Source of the DNA: Octopus bimaculoides
Taxonomy: Eukaryota
DNA: 33,513 nt
NCBI RefSeq assembly: GCF_001194135.2
Contig: NC_068982.1
Span: forward strand, 42,782,413-42,815,925
Direction of reading: 5' to 3'
Shown one piece after another: positions 10,930 through 23,841 of the stretch (within the stretch, counting starts at the first letter, position 1; each line of letters starts with the position of its first letter). Made by a program: the position numbers and the translations under genes. The notes under the pieces are model-generated. The model was not told the DNA's origin. It made no database searches and worked only from the letters and a program-made list of their open reading frames with translations.

Positions 10930-11130
10930 AACACACACACATAATGTATATGCACGCATAATATACATATCTATATGCATATAGGTATACATTACATGCT
11001 ACATATATATATATATATATTTGTCTACATATATATGTATTATTATTATATATATATATATATATATATATAAATATATCGATTGATGAATGACATATGC
11101 ATGTATATATATATATATAAGTATAAATGC

Positions 11131-11172
<42 letters not shown>

Positions 11173-12249
11173 TACAATGTATTATTATTTTTCTCTCTGT
11201 GTCGACTTAATATGTATACATACACGCACAAATACGTATATACATTCATACGTACAGGTCACCATTACAATAGAAAGCATTTTCATTACACCGGAGAAGT
11301 ATATATATATACACATTTAGAACACACGATGTTTTTTCCCCGGTTTAATATATAATTATTTTAGGTCACTGTTCTGTAGCTATGCTGCAAAATTTCCAGA
11401 ACGACAGTATTCTATCTTTTTAGATTCCTGATTTACTGGAGATCAAATGAAATTATTTCAAATTTACTTGCCTTTCAAACCTTTAAAATTAACTTCAGTG
11501 TAAATGTTTAAAACAAATACGGAACGACTATTGCTTTGCTTTATTAAACATGCTTTGCTTTCACAAAATTATGAATAATACTGATTTTTATTCATAAGTT
11601 CTTCAAATATTAATATGGATAATATATATTTATACAAATACTCAAAATATATTAGATAAGCTGTGGTGTACTGGTTATGGACGGTTGTTCTTGAATACAT
11701 TCGATCACATCATCTCTAGCACTTACTGTTANNNNNNNNNNNNNNNNNNNNNNNNNNNNNNNNNNNNNNNNNNNNNNNNNNNNNNNNNNNNNNNNNNNNN
11801 NNNNNNNNNNNNNNNNNNNNNNNNNNNNNNNNNNNNNNNNNNNNNNNNNNNNNNNNNNNNNNNNNNNNNNNNNNNNNNNNNNNNNNNNNNNNNNNNNNNN
11901 NNNNNNNNNNNNNNNNNNNNNNNNNNNNNNNNNNNNNNNNNNNNNNNNNNNNNNNNNNNNNNNNNNNNNNNNNNNNNNNNNNNNNNNNNNNNNNNNNNNN
12001 NNNNNNNNNNNNNNNNNNNNNNNNNNNNNNNNNNNNNNNNNNNNNNNNNNNNNNNNNNNNNNNNNNNNNNNNNNNNNNNNNNNNNNNNNNNNNNNNNNNN
12101 NNNNNNNNNNNNNNNNNNNNNNNNNNNNNNNNNNNNNNNNNNNNNNNNNNNNNNNNNNNNNNNNNNNNNNNNNNNNNNNNNNNNCATCAATGCAGACATG
12201 TAATTTATTTATTACGCACACACACATAAACATGTACATATATACATGT

Positions 12250-12356
<107 letters not shown>

Positions 12357-12395
12357 CACACATTCATTGTTTTAGAAAGATTACGAATCAACACT

Positions 12396-12686
12396 GCATG
12401 TGAGAAGTGGCTAGGGTTTGCGGCTAACAAGCGTAATAGTGTGAGTTCGATTCCCGGTGATGCTTTTTTTCCCTGATTAAGACATTTTATTTCTCGTTGC
12501 TTCGTCAACTCAGCCGACAAAATTAGTTGTTCATACTCTTGTGTCACATTGAATCTGCCAGAGAGAGATGTTAAGGGTTCGCATGTCTGTTGAGAGCTCA
12601 GGCACTTGTACATTAATATCACGAGCAGGCTGTTCCGTTGATCTATCACCTGGAAGACTCGCCGTCATAACCGACAGAGAACCAAG
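12396..12686 (+). mobile_element. tRNA-derived SINE family B, degenerate
   Basis: B-box GAGTTCGATTCCC; collinear with 20888-21210, including the 3' CACGAGCAGGCTGTTCCGTTGATC...CGCCGTCATAACCGAC. Flanked by (TA)/(CA) tracts. Confidence 0.82.
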
Positions 12687-12768
12687 ACACACACACACAG
12701 ACAAACACGCGCGCGCAAACACACAAACATACATATATATATATATATATATGTGAATATATTATATT

Positions 12769-12831
<63 letters not shown>

Positions 12832-13177
12832 TGTACTAAAATATATATACCTGATATATGTATAGATTTTTAATCAATACTATATGGAGTAGACAGACAC
12901 AAACACATTGTACTTACAAAAAATGTTTTGTGGGGACAATAAGTGAGAGATTATTCGGTTACTTTTAGTCACCCGTTACTATTTCATGAGCAACTCAATA
13001 CCTTTCGCTAACTGTTTAAGGAAACAATAATTATAATCTCGTCATTATTAAGAGATATAAATAAACTGGATAGACTAATTTGCACATATAACGCATTCTT
13101 GCCAGCCAGTTCAATTAATATATATCACTAATGCTTTGACATTATTCTGTTTCAATAGTCTTGAGCCATCACCTGGC

Positions 13178-13440
13178 ACTCATGTGGATTTCGCTGTAAC
13201 CTACAGCACTTGCTTCTATTTGAAATGCCATGGATTAGCACCCTTGTGTCCCACATGATTCCCAAAGATCTCTTTTATGTATATCTTAGGCTTTTCCTAC
13301 CATGTGAACACTCCATTTTAACTTTCAGCAATCACGGTTTGTGCATTTCTTCTTCACCCTTTTTTTTTTGTGTGTGTGAAGTCAGACCATACCTTAATGT
13401 CGGGACGTTGCTTGGTTATTGAAATATGGTTTGGGAGCAC
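13178..13440 (-). mobile_element. HERO/NeSL-like RLE non-LTR retrotransposon remnant
   Basis: Minus translation LPNHISITKQRPDIKVWSD...HGRKSLRYT*...AFQIEASAVGYS resembles the P.HI..T..RPDI..WS...(H)ERK..KY...FP.EVG.RGF pattern. Heavily decayed. Confidence 0.6.
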
Positions 13441-13528
13441 GATCATTTCCTGCAACGACTGTCGTTAGCACCACTCAAATGTCTGCACGTTTGTATATAT
13501 ACATCAACACATATATTTTGTAGCACAC

Positions 13529-13585
<57 letters not shown>

Positions 13586-14349
13586 CACACACTCACACAC
13601 TCTATCTCGCTTTCATTCCCTTTTTTCTCTTGCGCTTGCTTGTGTTTCTGGGCATGCATACATGACCGTGTTCAGTTGAGGGCTATACGTGTGTTCATGG
13701 TTATGTATGCATGTCTGTATGTCTGTTTGTGTGTCTGAGTAAAATAAAATAAAAATGTATAGACAGCTTCATTCAATAGGGACTTCATTATTATAAGGGG
13801 ATTTATTCTTTTTTAAAAGAAAGCGAACATAAGCCTAATGTTAATGTGTCTGGGAAGGAGGATATAATGTCTAATGTCTAATGTCATATAATTTCTGACA
13901 GGATGTTTGCCAGAGAAGAGCTAAAAGGCTTTGTTTCCACGCTTTTAGGTTCGTACTCACGAATTTCTCTTCATTTGACGATCGTTTTACCATCACTAAT
14001 CTGAACACATCATTAAGCATTAATATATAAATCTATCACTCTTTCCTTCAATCTCTCCCTTTTCTTCTTTGAAAACCCTTCCTTTTTCTCTATTTTGCGC
14101 TCTCTTTCACTGTCTGTCTGTCTGTTTCTCTCTTTCTCTCTCTCTCTCTCTCCCTCTCTCTTTCACTATGTTACTTTCCTGCTCTTTCAGTTTAAAATCT
14201 ATTCAATGCGACTTTAGAATGAAGTAATAAAATATGTATTTCACACGCCTTTGCACACACGCTTATTCTCTTCACATGCAGATATTTGTATATAAACAAC
14301 CACACTAACTAACAAAAGATTTTTATAAAAACATATATTCATACAAATA

Positions 14350-14381
14350 TATGGTTGTGTGTACCTGTGTATGTGTATATG

Positions 14382-14432
<51 letters not shown>

Positions 14433-14859
14433 NNNNNNNNNNATATATATATATATATATATATATTTACGTATGCATAGTATATGCATACATTTATATA
14501 TATATATATATATATATGGATATGTGTATATACATATATATATATGTGTGTGTGTGTGTCTGTGTGTCTGTGTGTATAAGCATATATGGATATATGGATA
14601 TATGTGTGTATATATATATGTATTTATTTGTATATATATTAGTATATATATATGTGTATGTATTTATATATAAGTATATGTATGTTATAGATATATATAA
14701 ATATATACACATGTCACATACATAATACACATATATGCATATACATATCTATCTATGTATATATATATATATAAATACATTCACACACGGATACACTCAC
14801 ACACATACACACAAGTATATATATGCCCATATATATTTGAATTGAGACACAAACTCACT

Positions 14860-14894
<35 letters not shown>

Positions 14895-14940
14895 GTATAA
14901 TTTTTGTTTATATATTTGTGTGTATGTGTGTATAGCTGAA
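14350..14940. repeat. Long degenerate (TA)n/(TG)n microsatellite block
   Basis: Read directly; includes a 10-nt N-gap. Confidence 0.93.
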
Positions 14941-15723
14941 TGAATGTATATGTGAATTTGAACCCGAATGAACCATAAAATAAGTACTCAGACAAAATCC
15001 GGTAGACTTTTGTTGATAAAACGCGCCATATGGAAGTATATGGCCCTTAATCATAATATACAAAAGGGTTTCCAGTTCTTACTTTGCTTTATTGTATCAT
15101 TAAAACCACCTCACTCAGAAGTTGACTGACCGGCTACATAACCGGATTACGGAAACAGCGCTGATCAGTTTAGAACAAGCAGTAGTTGGCAGGAAGGCGG
15201 TGTAGGAGAGGAGAAAAAGACATGAGCTGTGTGTGTGGGTGGGTGTGTGTAGGGGGAGAGAAGCACGATAGCTTCTGTAGAAGAGAATCATTCGAGTGTA
15301 ATTTATATATCCTTCAATGACGAAGCCAGTTACAAAAACAAAAAAACAAAAGTGCATGTTCTATCAGCAACAACAACAGCCACACCAACAACAACAGCAA
15401 CAACAACAACAGCCACACGACCAGAACTAGATGGACACTGATGAGGAGGATAATGACAACAAAAACAACAACAGCTGTTGTGATAATAGCAAGGATTAGT
15501 TATAAATATTTTTAATATTACCAATAAGAGAAAGAATTATTATTATGATTATTATGATTATTATTATGATTATTATGATGATGATTATTATTATTATTAT
15601 TATTATTATTATCATTATTATTCTCATCATCATTTCATCCTCGTCCTCATACTTCTTCTCCTAGTCCATCGCCTCTTCCGCATCATAATCATTAGTAGTA
15701 GTATTAGCAGTGGTTTTGTACGG

Positions 15724-15749
15724 CTGTCCGAATTCTAGAATTCGGTCAG
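15724..15749. other. Palindrome: perfect 18-mer CCGAATTCTAGAATTCGG (15728-15745), extending to 26 bp with one mismatched pair
   Basis: Sequence CTGT-CCGAATTCTAGAATTCGG-TCAG read directly. Function unknown. Confidence 0.9.
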
Positions 15750-15866
15750 GTGTTACTCACTGACACCTGCAATAAAATGTTCGGATAAAACTGTTGCGTG
15801 TTGCTTCATTCTTACTTTCTAACAGGATATATGCTCGATATGTGTGTGTGTGAGTGAGTGTGTATG

Positions 15867-15926
<60 letters not shown>

Positions 15927-16369
15927 CGGACCGTGTGTGTTTGTGTGCGAGTGCGTGAGAAAAAGTAACTGGAAATAGAAAAAGATGAATGGAGGAAATA
16001 TATATATATATATACATATATATACATACATACATACATATATACATACATAAATAGATAGATAGATAGATATATGTAAACACATACACATGTACACACA
16101 CACGCGTGCGTGCACATACAGATACATATATATTTGTTGCTAAAATTCCTGCTTGGAACGAAAAATCAAATTGAGGTGTTGAAATTATATATATATATAT
16201 ATATATNNNNNNNNNNNNNNNNNNNNNNNNNNNNNNNNNNNNNNNNNNNNNNNNNNNNNNNNNNNNNNNNNNNNNNNNNNNNNNNNNNNNNNNNNNNNNN
16301 NNNNNNNNNNNNNNNNNNNNNNNNNNNNNNNNNNNNNNNNNNNNNNNNNNNNNNNNNNNNNNNNNNNNN

Positions 16370-16427
<58 letters not shown>

Positions 16428-16952
16428 CATGTATATACAAATATGTTCACACATATACATATGCTTACATACATACATACATACATACGTAGATGCATGC
16501 ATAGATATACATACAATACATTCATGCAAACGTTGGACATGAAAGGGTGAGTGAGAGATGAGCGTTTAGAGGCGAAATAAAAAGAGAAGAGAACAGTTCA
16601 GGGAGTTAGAGGAGGGATGGTGAAAATAGAGAGTAGGGTTATCATGGCGGAAAGAATTAAAAGGAGAGTTGAATAATGAAGTCATGGACACACTTCCTGA
16701 ATACAACTGCTCTACATTGTATCTTGGGTCTGATTGATAAAAAATGTTGGTATTATCTACTTCCGGCGCTGCATATGCAGCCAGACACTTTTTTTTCTGC
16801 ATGACCATCACCTTTATATCTACCCTCCCCTTGTATCCGCATCGCCGCCATTATTAACGCCCCCGCAAATCAAATCACTATGCCCGCCATTATCACCATA
16901 ACTAATATAGTCGTTGTTGTTATTCTTTCTCATATTTTTCTTATTCCCATTA

Positions 16953-16985
<33 letters not shown>

Positions 16986-16988
16986 CGA

Positions 16989-17143
16989 CTCATTACGTTC
17001 TGAGTTCAAATTCCGCTGAAGTGGTCTTTACCTTTTCATCCTTTTGGGGTCGATAAATTAAGTACCAATAAAACACTGGGATCAATGTCATCGACTACTC
17101 TCCTCCCCACAAAATTTCAGGCCTTGTGCTTTTAGTAGAAAAG

Positions 17144-17205
<62 letters not shown>
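16989..17205 (+). mobile_element. SINE family A, 5'-truncated, array copy 1, with (ATT)n tail
   Basis: TTACGTTCTGAGTTCAAATTCCGCTGAAG...CATCCTTTTGGGGTCGATAAATTAAGTACC...GGCCTTGTGCTTTTAGTAGAAAAG(ATT)n; preceded by another (ATT)n run. Confidence 0.87.
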
Positions 17206-17362
17206 GACTCTTTACATTCAATACCACCGATATCGACTTTGCGTTTCATCGTTTCAGGGTCAACAAAATAAGTACCTCTCGAGCATTGGGGTCGATGTAA
17301 AGTATTCGCTCCCTGACCTCAAATTACAAGCTTTGTGTCCCTAGTAAGAAAGCAATATTGTT
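17206..17362 (+). mobile_element. SINE family A, 5'-truncated, array copy 2
   Basis: ATCGACTTTGCGTTTCATCGTTTCAGGGTCAACAAAATAAGTACC...GGGGTCGATGTAA...GCTTTGTGTCCCTAGTAAGAAAG. Confidence 0.8.
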
Positions 17363-17365
17363 ATT

Positions 17366-17555
17366 CTATCTGGCAAAATCTTTATCGGTGGTCCAGGCAG
17401 AATGCTTAGCGTCATTTCTTCCAGCCCTTTACGTTCCAAGTTCAAATGTTACTGAGGTTGACATTGACTTCCATCCCTTTCGTGGTCGAGACATAAGGTA
17501 TCAGTTGAGCTCTGAAGTTGATGTAATTAATTAGTTCTCTCCTCAAAATTTCAGT
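17366..17555 (+). mobile_element. SINE family A, array copy 3
   Basis: TGGCAAAATC...AATGCTTAGCGTCATTTC...TTACGTTCCAAGTTCAAAT...GAGGTTGACATTGACTTCCATCCC...CAAAATTTCAG. Confidence 0.75.
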
Positions 17556-17589
17556 CACACATCCGTGTCAATTTGAGCGACAAACACCT

Positions 17590-17618
17590 AAGACCTGACA
17601 TCTCGAATGTCAGGTCTT
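17590..17618. other. Perfect 12-bp inverted repeat with a 5-nt loop
   Basis: AAGACCTGACAT-ctcga-ATGTCAGGTCTT read directly, in the spacer between SINE array copies 3 and 4. Confidence 0.9.
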
Positions 17619-17639
17619 GTTGTTTTATCTTTTATATTT

Positions 17640-17840
17640 TTATGTTTAGCAGCATTCCCTCCATCTTTACCTTCTAAGTTCAAGTAACCACCAAGGTCCA
17701 CTTTGCACTTCATCCTTCTTACGTCGATGAACAAGTATCATTTTCGCACTGGAGTCGAAGATATCGACTAATCTCCCACCCTGCGAAATTTCAGGCCTTA
17801 TGCCCGTAATAGAAAGAATTATTATTGTTGTTGTTGTTAT
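17640..17840 (+). mobile_element. SINE family A, 5'-truncated, array copy 4
   Basis: TGTTTAGCAGCATT...AAGTTCAAG...AAGGTCCACTTTGCACTTCATCC...CACTGGAGTCGA...AAATTTCAGGCCTTATGCCCGTAATAGAAAGAATTATTATT. Confidence 0.75.
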
Positions 17841-18183
17841 CATCTTTTATATTCTTGTTATGAAATCACTAATAAATCGAAAGTTAATAAAAACAACATT
17901 TCCTCCATCAACATTGCCCGCCAATATCCTATCAATCACAACTGCCTGTACTACAACCGCCACTATCAACGCAAAACTATGAACAACAACTAGTACTACC
18001 AACAATACAAGCACTCTAAACATACACATTACTACCATTAACAATGATACATCAGTCCAGATTCATTCATGTTCCAAACCATAAAAAGCGATCGTACACT
18101 CATTCATCACTATTTAACTATTACCAGAACCCGTATCACCACTATATTTTATACTATAAACACATCTACTGTGATCCCTTCAT

Positions 18184-18237
<54 letters not shown>

Positions 18238-19241
18238 AATTCCCATTCAAATCCTTCTACGACTGATCTCCATTCATCCAGATTATAACATAAATTATCA
18301 ACATTTACTACTTAACCACTATAATACCTGATATAATTACGATGTCCAGTTATACACAGTGTCTTTCTTTGTCGGAACCGAAGCAGAAAAAAAAGAAAAG
18401 CAGCGATACACATTTTACAGTTAATAATTTTTCTATAACACTGGTTGTGGCAAGCTCTGCTGAGTACAGGTTGAACTCTTATCGGGTTAAGTTAGCTACC
18501 AGGTTTCGATATCTAGTTAAATCCATTTTGATTACCCCGGTAATTCTGTTTAGAAATGCATGAAATTGAAATAATCTGCTCATTGACATCTCCTGTAAGT
18601 TTGTGTCGATAGACTGACACTGACTTAACTCTGGTTAGCAATTAGATAAATTATACGATTTCCTTAGACATATTATACACAAATGAAGAATAGAACTCCT
18701 CCAAACTGTTAATTCAAAGTGTTTCAGATATACTGAAAGCTATTTAGTTATAGTTACAAGGATTGTATTTTATTGGTCAGGAGATTGGAGAAAAAACACT
18801 TGTGTCTCTCATGTGGTTATTCATAGTTTACGTCGAATGAAATTATTTCAATGTGGCATGGAAATATAGGTTTAAATCTCAAATGTCCACTCGTACATTG
18901 GCAGAAAAGGTTTTGTTGTTGTGGCTGCTGTTTCTCTTTAGTTCAAAGAATATGATCGAACACACTTGTTATCAAAGACATGTCTTTCTTTCTTTTTCAT
19001 GCGTTATGCACATTATCGTAGACTTAATAGACTCTGTTATTTAATGTACGATTGTTTCAAAAAGTCACTCCCTGTGGTTCAGGTATATTTAGCTGTAATT
19101 TCTAGCAGGTTGAGAGACCAAGTAAAAACTCCTTCGTTGGTTGTTTGCGAAATCATTTACATTAGCTTTCCTTTTACTTCGTAAAGAGCTAGTAAATATT
19201 AATGTTTAATCAATGATCAAATATTCGAATAAAATAAACAT

Positions 19242-19402
19242 GCGCATTGTTTTGCGGTAAGAAGTTTACTTCCCAATCACGTAGTTGCGAGTTCAGTCCC
19301 ACTGCGTGGCACTATGGCCGAGTGTCTTCTACTAAAGACCCGGGCTGCCCCAAAGCATTGTGAGTGTATTTGCTAGACGGAAACTGAATAAGCCCGTCGT
19401 AT
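19242..19402 (+). mobile_element. SINE family D, 5' half
   Basis: GGTAAGAAGTTTACTTCCCAATCACGTAGTTGCGAGTTCAGTCCCACTGCGTGGCAC...TAGACGGAAACTGAATAAGCCCGTCGTAT, ending at the family's internal microsatellite. Confidence 0.85.
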
Positions 19403-19472
19403 GTCTCTATATATGTTTGCATATATACACACACACATATACCTGCATGTGTGTATGATTGTTTTTTTGTGT

Positions 19473-19520
<48 letters not shown>

Positions 19521-19608
19521 GTGTGTGAGTCTGTGTTTGTTATAATTCTCACCCTATACAAATGCAAGCGAATAGTGTCCTGTATCCACGAGCAACCAAT
19601 ATACATAC

Positions 19609-19690
<82 letters not shown>

Positions 19691-19761
19691 TTGCATACAT
19701 ATCTATATATAAATATATACATACATACATACATACATGCATATATATGTATGTATATATG

Positions 19762-19852
<91 letters not shown>

Positions 19853-19870
19853 ATCTATGTAACACATATA
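19403..19870. repeat. Compound (TG)n/(TA)n/(CATA)n microsatellite block
   Basis: Read directly. Confidence 0.93.
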
Positions 19871-20613
19871 ATTCTGAGAAACTATAAAATTTGTTGACAA
19901 GAGAAACTATAGAAGAAAATGACTGTATTTTAATAAAATTCTTTGAAAGTATGGAATACTTTATGTAAGACTATAATATTGAACATATTTGTCTTAGTTT
20001 TAGACAAAAATGTATTCGAGATATAAACATGTAGAAAATTATAATTACGCTGACATTTCAGGAAACAGCTAATACAATATAGATTAATCAGTAGCATTAT
20101 CAATCCACATATGTTTTCACTATTTCGGTTTACATCATACTGTTCTATTATCTAACACAGCATCAGTTTTTCACTGAAGTTAAACATAATTCGTAGGCGA
20201 AATGGTTCATGTGTCACATATTTTGATATTTAATTTGAAACAAAACTCAAGGAAATTGTAATATATATTCTTAAAGTTTCTTTAGTAGCTTATTATATAT
20301 AATGCTTGAGTGAAAGTGCATATTGCACAATAAACGGTAAGCTTGTGACAAGCTTACATTTTTTCCATTCCAGTGTGGAGCATTTCTTTTTGCTTATGCT
20401 GCACACAAGCGTGAAAAAAAGAGGGTGTTTGCAAGAATTGAAGACAAATCAGGACGGAATTTTAGTCGAGTAAATGACGCAACTAATGAGAATGGTACAA
20501 TGGGGAAATATTTCACTATATATATATATACCGGAGTAAGCACATGAAATGTGCAACAAGGTGGAAAGAAGAGTACTCAAATAACAGAGGTAGAGTAATA
20601 TGCNNNNNNNNNN

Positions 20614-20647
<34 letters not shown>

Positions 20648-20785
20648 CATATATGTATGGATATATGCATATATCTATATATTATTTATATTATATATGT
20701 ATATATATAGATAGGTAGATAGATAGATAGATAGATATGCACACAAACATGCATACATGCATGCATACATACGTAATACACACAC

Positions 20786-20861
<76 letters not shown>

Positions 20862-20887
20862 TATATCTGTATGTATGTATATGTGAA

Positions 20888-21210
20888 GGCGCGTGGCTTA
20901 ACGGCTAAGGGCATTCGGCTTACGATCGTATGGTCGTGAGTTCGATTCCCAACGACGCATTTTGTCCCTGAGCAAGACACTTTATTTCATATTGCTCTAG
21001 TCCACTCACAAAAATGACAAAAATGAGTCGCACCTGTATTTCAAAGGGTCAGCATTGTCACACTTTGTGTCACACTGAATCTCCCTGAGAACTACATTAA
21101 GGGTACACGTGTCTGTGGATTGCTCAGCCACTTGCACGTTAATTTCACGAGCAAACTGTTCCGTTGATCGTATCAGCTGGGACCTTCGCCGTCGTAACCG
21201 ACGGAGTGCT
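20888..21210 (+). mobile_element. tRNA-derived SINE family B, full length
   Basis: Head GGCGCGTGGCTTAACGGCTAAGG...GAGTTCGATTCCC (A/B boxes), central TGTCCCTGAGCAAGACACTTTATTTC and a 3' tail ending CGTCGTAACCGACGGAGTGC. Flanked by (TA)n on both sides. Confidence 0.9.
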
Positions 21211-21215
21211 ACTTT

Positions 21216-21290
<75 letters not shown>

Positions 21291-21623
21291 GCAGAGGAAG
21301 ACGACGAAGGGACGTACAAAACACTGGGAATAACACACAGTAGAGGTAGACATCCTCATCTGTCATTAGTTATGGACTAAAAACCTCAATTTCAAAGCAT
21401 ATCGCTGGATTTGGTCGCACAAACAGGAAAAAGCTACTGGTGTACAAATGAGCAAGAATGAAGGACAGAATAAGACGGGTACAAAAAATGACACGCGTTT
21501 CTAGACTGAAAAGTAAAAAGGACATTCTTTGAAGAAAATATAAAAAAATACAAAAGCAAAGAGTTTAACGAAAAAATATACATATAATAAACGACACAAG
21601 AGTCTATATACACAGAAAACTAT

Positions 21624-21659
<36 letters not shown>

Positions 21660-22335
21660 ACGCACACACACAGATCTCTATATATATATAGAGAGAGAAA
21701 GAGAGACAGCCATGCAGATGAGAGATTGTGAGTATATGTGTGTATATGCGCATGTATGCGCGTGTACAAATATAGAATTATTTACGGGTGTTTGCATACT
21801 TCACATATATAAGTATGATGTGTGTGTTATTTCATCTTTAAAACGGGAAGTAGAGTTGCTGAAATGGAACCCACTATTTTATCTACGCAGCAAGAGAGAT
21901 AAAAGTTGAAACTGAGCTGCATCTCTTGAAGTTGTCTACAGAGTCTCATCTGCTACAGATCATCAACTGTACATCCTAGCACATACACCTACATTCATAA
22001 TACTATGAACACATGAAAAAAAAAAATAGTTATTTGCACTGTGTACAGCAAAATCTGAAACGATGATTTGTGCATTTATTCTTGATATTTTCCTGCTGAC
22101 TCAAACATAAATATGTATATAGCTGTTCTGTGTGTCACAAAGGAACATCGTTTTACGAGGACTCGCTTTATTGTTTTTATGACATACTCGCCTTATTGTT
22201 GCACGAATGTGTTATGAGCACATTGTTCTCGCATAACGAAGCGGAACACTAAAACTATGCAAAACTTTTCTAAGGTTTAAAATGTGATATTGTTTTCGTT
22301 ATCAACATTCCAAAGATATATGCATAATAAATATG

Positions 22336-22394
<59 letters not shown>

Positions 22395-23372
22395 ATCTAT
22401 ATACGCATTGCAGCAGTGGTTTCTTCATTGAAATGTGGAAGTTTTAAAACAATGGAGTTATTGTTGGATGCGTGGATTTTGTTAGGTGATCTGCTGAATG
22501 CCCGGCGTTTAGTGAAAGAGCATGGGTTGTCATACGATCACAACGTGACCCGTAAGGCGGGATTGAATATACAATCGGTACATTCAAGACCTTCTCGAAG
22601 GAGAGTCCTGCCTAAAAACAAACCAAGACAAAACCATCACCATATATACACTGCTCAACATCCCGATCAGGTCTGCGGTCCTACGTGGAGTATTAAATAA
22701 TGTGTAGCAAATGCAACGAATTCCATATCCGAAGTGCCATATGATACTTATTCATACAGATTAAAGAACACATCTATACTAATGCATCTTCCGTCAATAA
22801 ATAAATAAATAAATAAAAATCTACAGAAATGCCACACTGAAGATATCCATGTTTCTATTAAAGCTGGAGAAAGAATCGCCGGGAATAAAAGAAACTCTTT
22901 TAATTAAGAAATACTACGCATTAATAACAGATCCAATGCTGCACACTGTCGATTGATTACTATAGCGTTGCATATCAATCGTTCATACTGTTACACAAGA
23001 GAACAACGTAGTCAGCGAATGACAACTTTTTTTTTTTCTAAAGATTGTCTGACGAAGAAGTTCCAATCCTGAAATGTTAAAATACCAGGTAAAACTATCA
23101 GCCTGTATTATTTCTTCAGCTTGCATACTTTGGGCTTACGAAAAAGATATATTTAAAATTATTTACATATATGAAACAATTCGCTTTTACCGGTAGAACA
23201 TGAAGGAGATAAAACTATGTATAATAGTGTGTAAATATTGGGTTAAATGAACCCATTATTTACAGCTATTTAGTTTCATCTACTTCGAGTCGTACCTTTA
23301 AACACACACACACGTTATATATGTTATAATATATATATATATATANNNNNNNNNNNNNNNNNNNNNNNNNNN

Positions 23373-23429
<57 letters not shown>

Positions 23430-23474
23430 GAGAGACAGAGAGAAAGAGGGAGCGAGAGAGGAACCATCATCGTA

Positions 23475-23841
23475 TGAGGTCAGGGTGGAGCAGTACCTTT
23501 AAGTGGTTTAGTCGGAAAAGCCGATTTTAGCGCTTATTTTTTATAACCTGGTACTTATACTATTGATCTCTTTTTACTTAACCACTAGTTCATGAGGACA
23601 TAAACAAAAGAACACCGGTTGTCAGTGGGTAGTGAGGGACAACCACAAACACAGAGACATACACAGATATATAGTTATAAACTGAAAGGCTTCTTTCAGT
23701 TTTCGTCTACTAAATCCACTTACAAAAGTTTGGTTGGCTGGGAGCTATAGTAGAAGACACGTGCCCGATGTACTACGTAGAAGGACAGAACCTGGAACGA
23801 TATGGTTAGAAAGTAAACTTTTTACCACACAGCCACGCCTG
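23475..23841 (-). mobile_element. SINE family D, full length, degenerate
   Basis: Reverse complement starts CAGGCGTGGCTGTGTGGTAAAAAGTTTAC...; collinear with the other family D copies. Confidence 0.85.

Noticed and set aside
11652-11731. Minus peptide VSARDDVIECIQEQPSITSTPQLI, faintly like a Tc1-type HTH
   Set aside because: Too short and truncated by a gap to support a call.
16950-17840. Regularly recurring repeats that might suggest a CRISPR array
   Set aside because: The units are about 150-220-nt diverged SINE copies with no short identical repeats or unique spacers, there are no cas genes, and the context is eukaryotic.
20888-20960. tRNA-like sequences here and at 29630-29703, 1221-1300 and 19242-19310
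   Set aside because: They have A/B boxes but no proper acceptor stem, and continue into repeated SINE bodies. They are SINE heads, not tRNA genes.
22100-22250. YSCSVCHK peptide suggesting a C2H2 zinc finger
   Set aside because: It lacks the F/L/H-x3-H spacing and TGEKP linker, and has no repeat units.
22452-22700. Non-repetitive part of ORF 22284..22700 (MELLLDAWILLGDLLNARRLVKEHG...)
   Set aside because: No recognisable domain or convincing splice sites; the ORF length is inflated by an upstream (CA)n tract.
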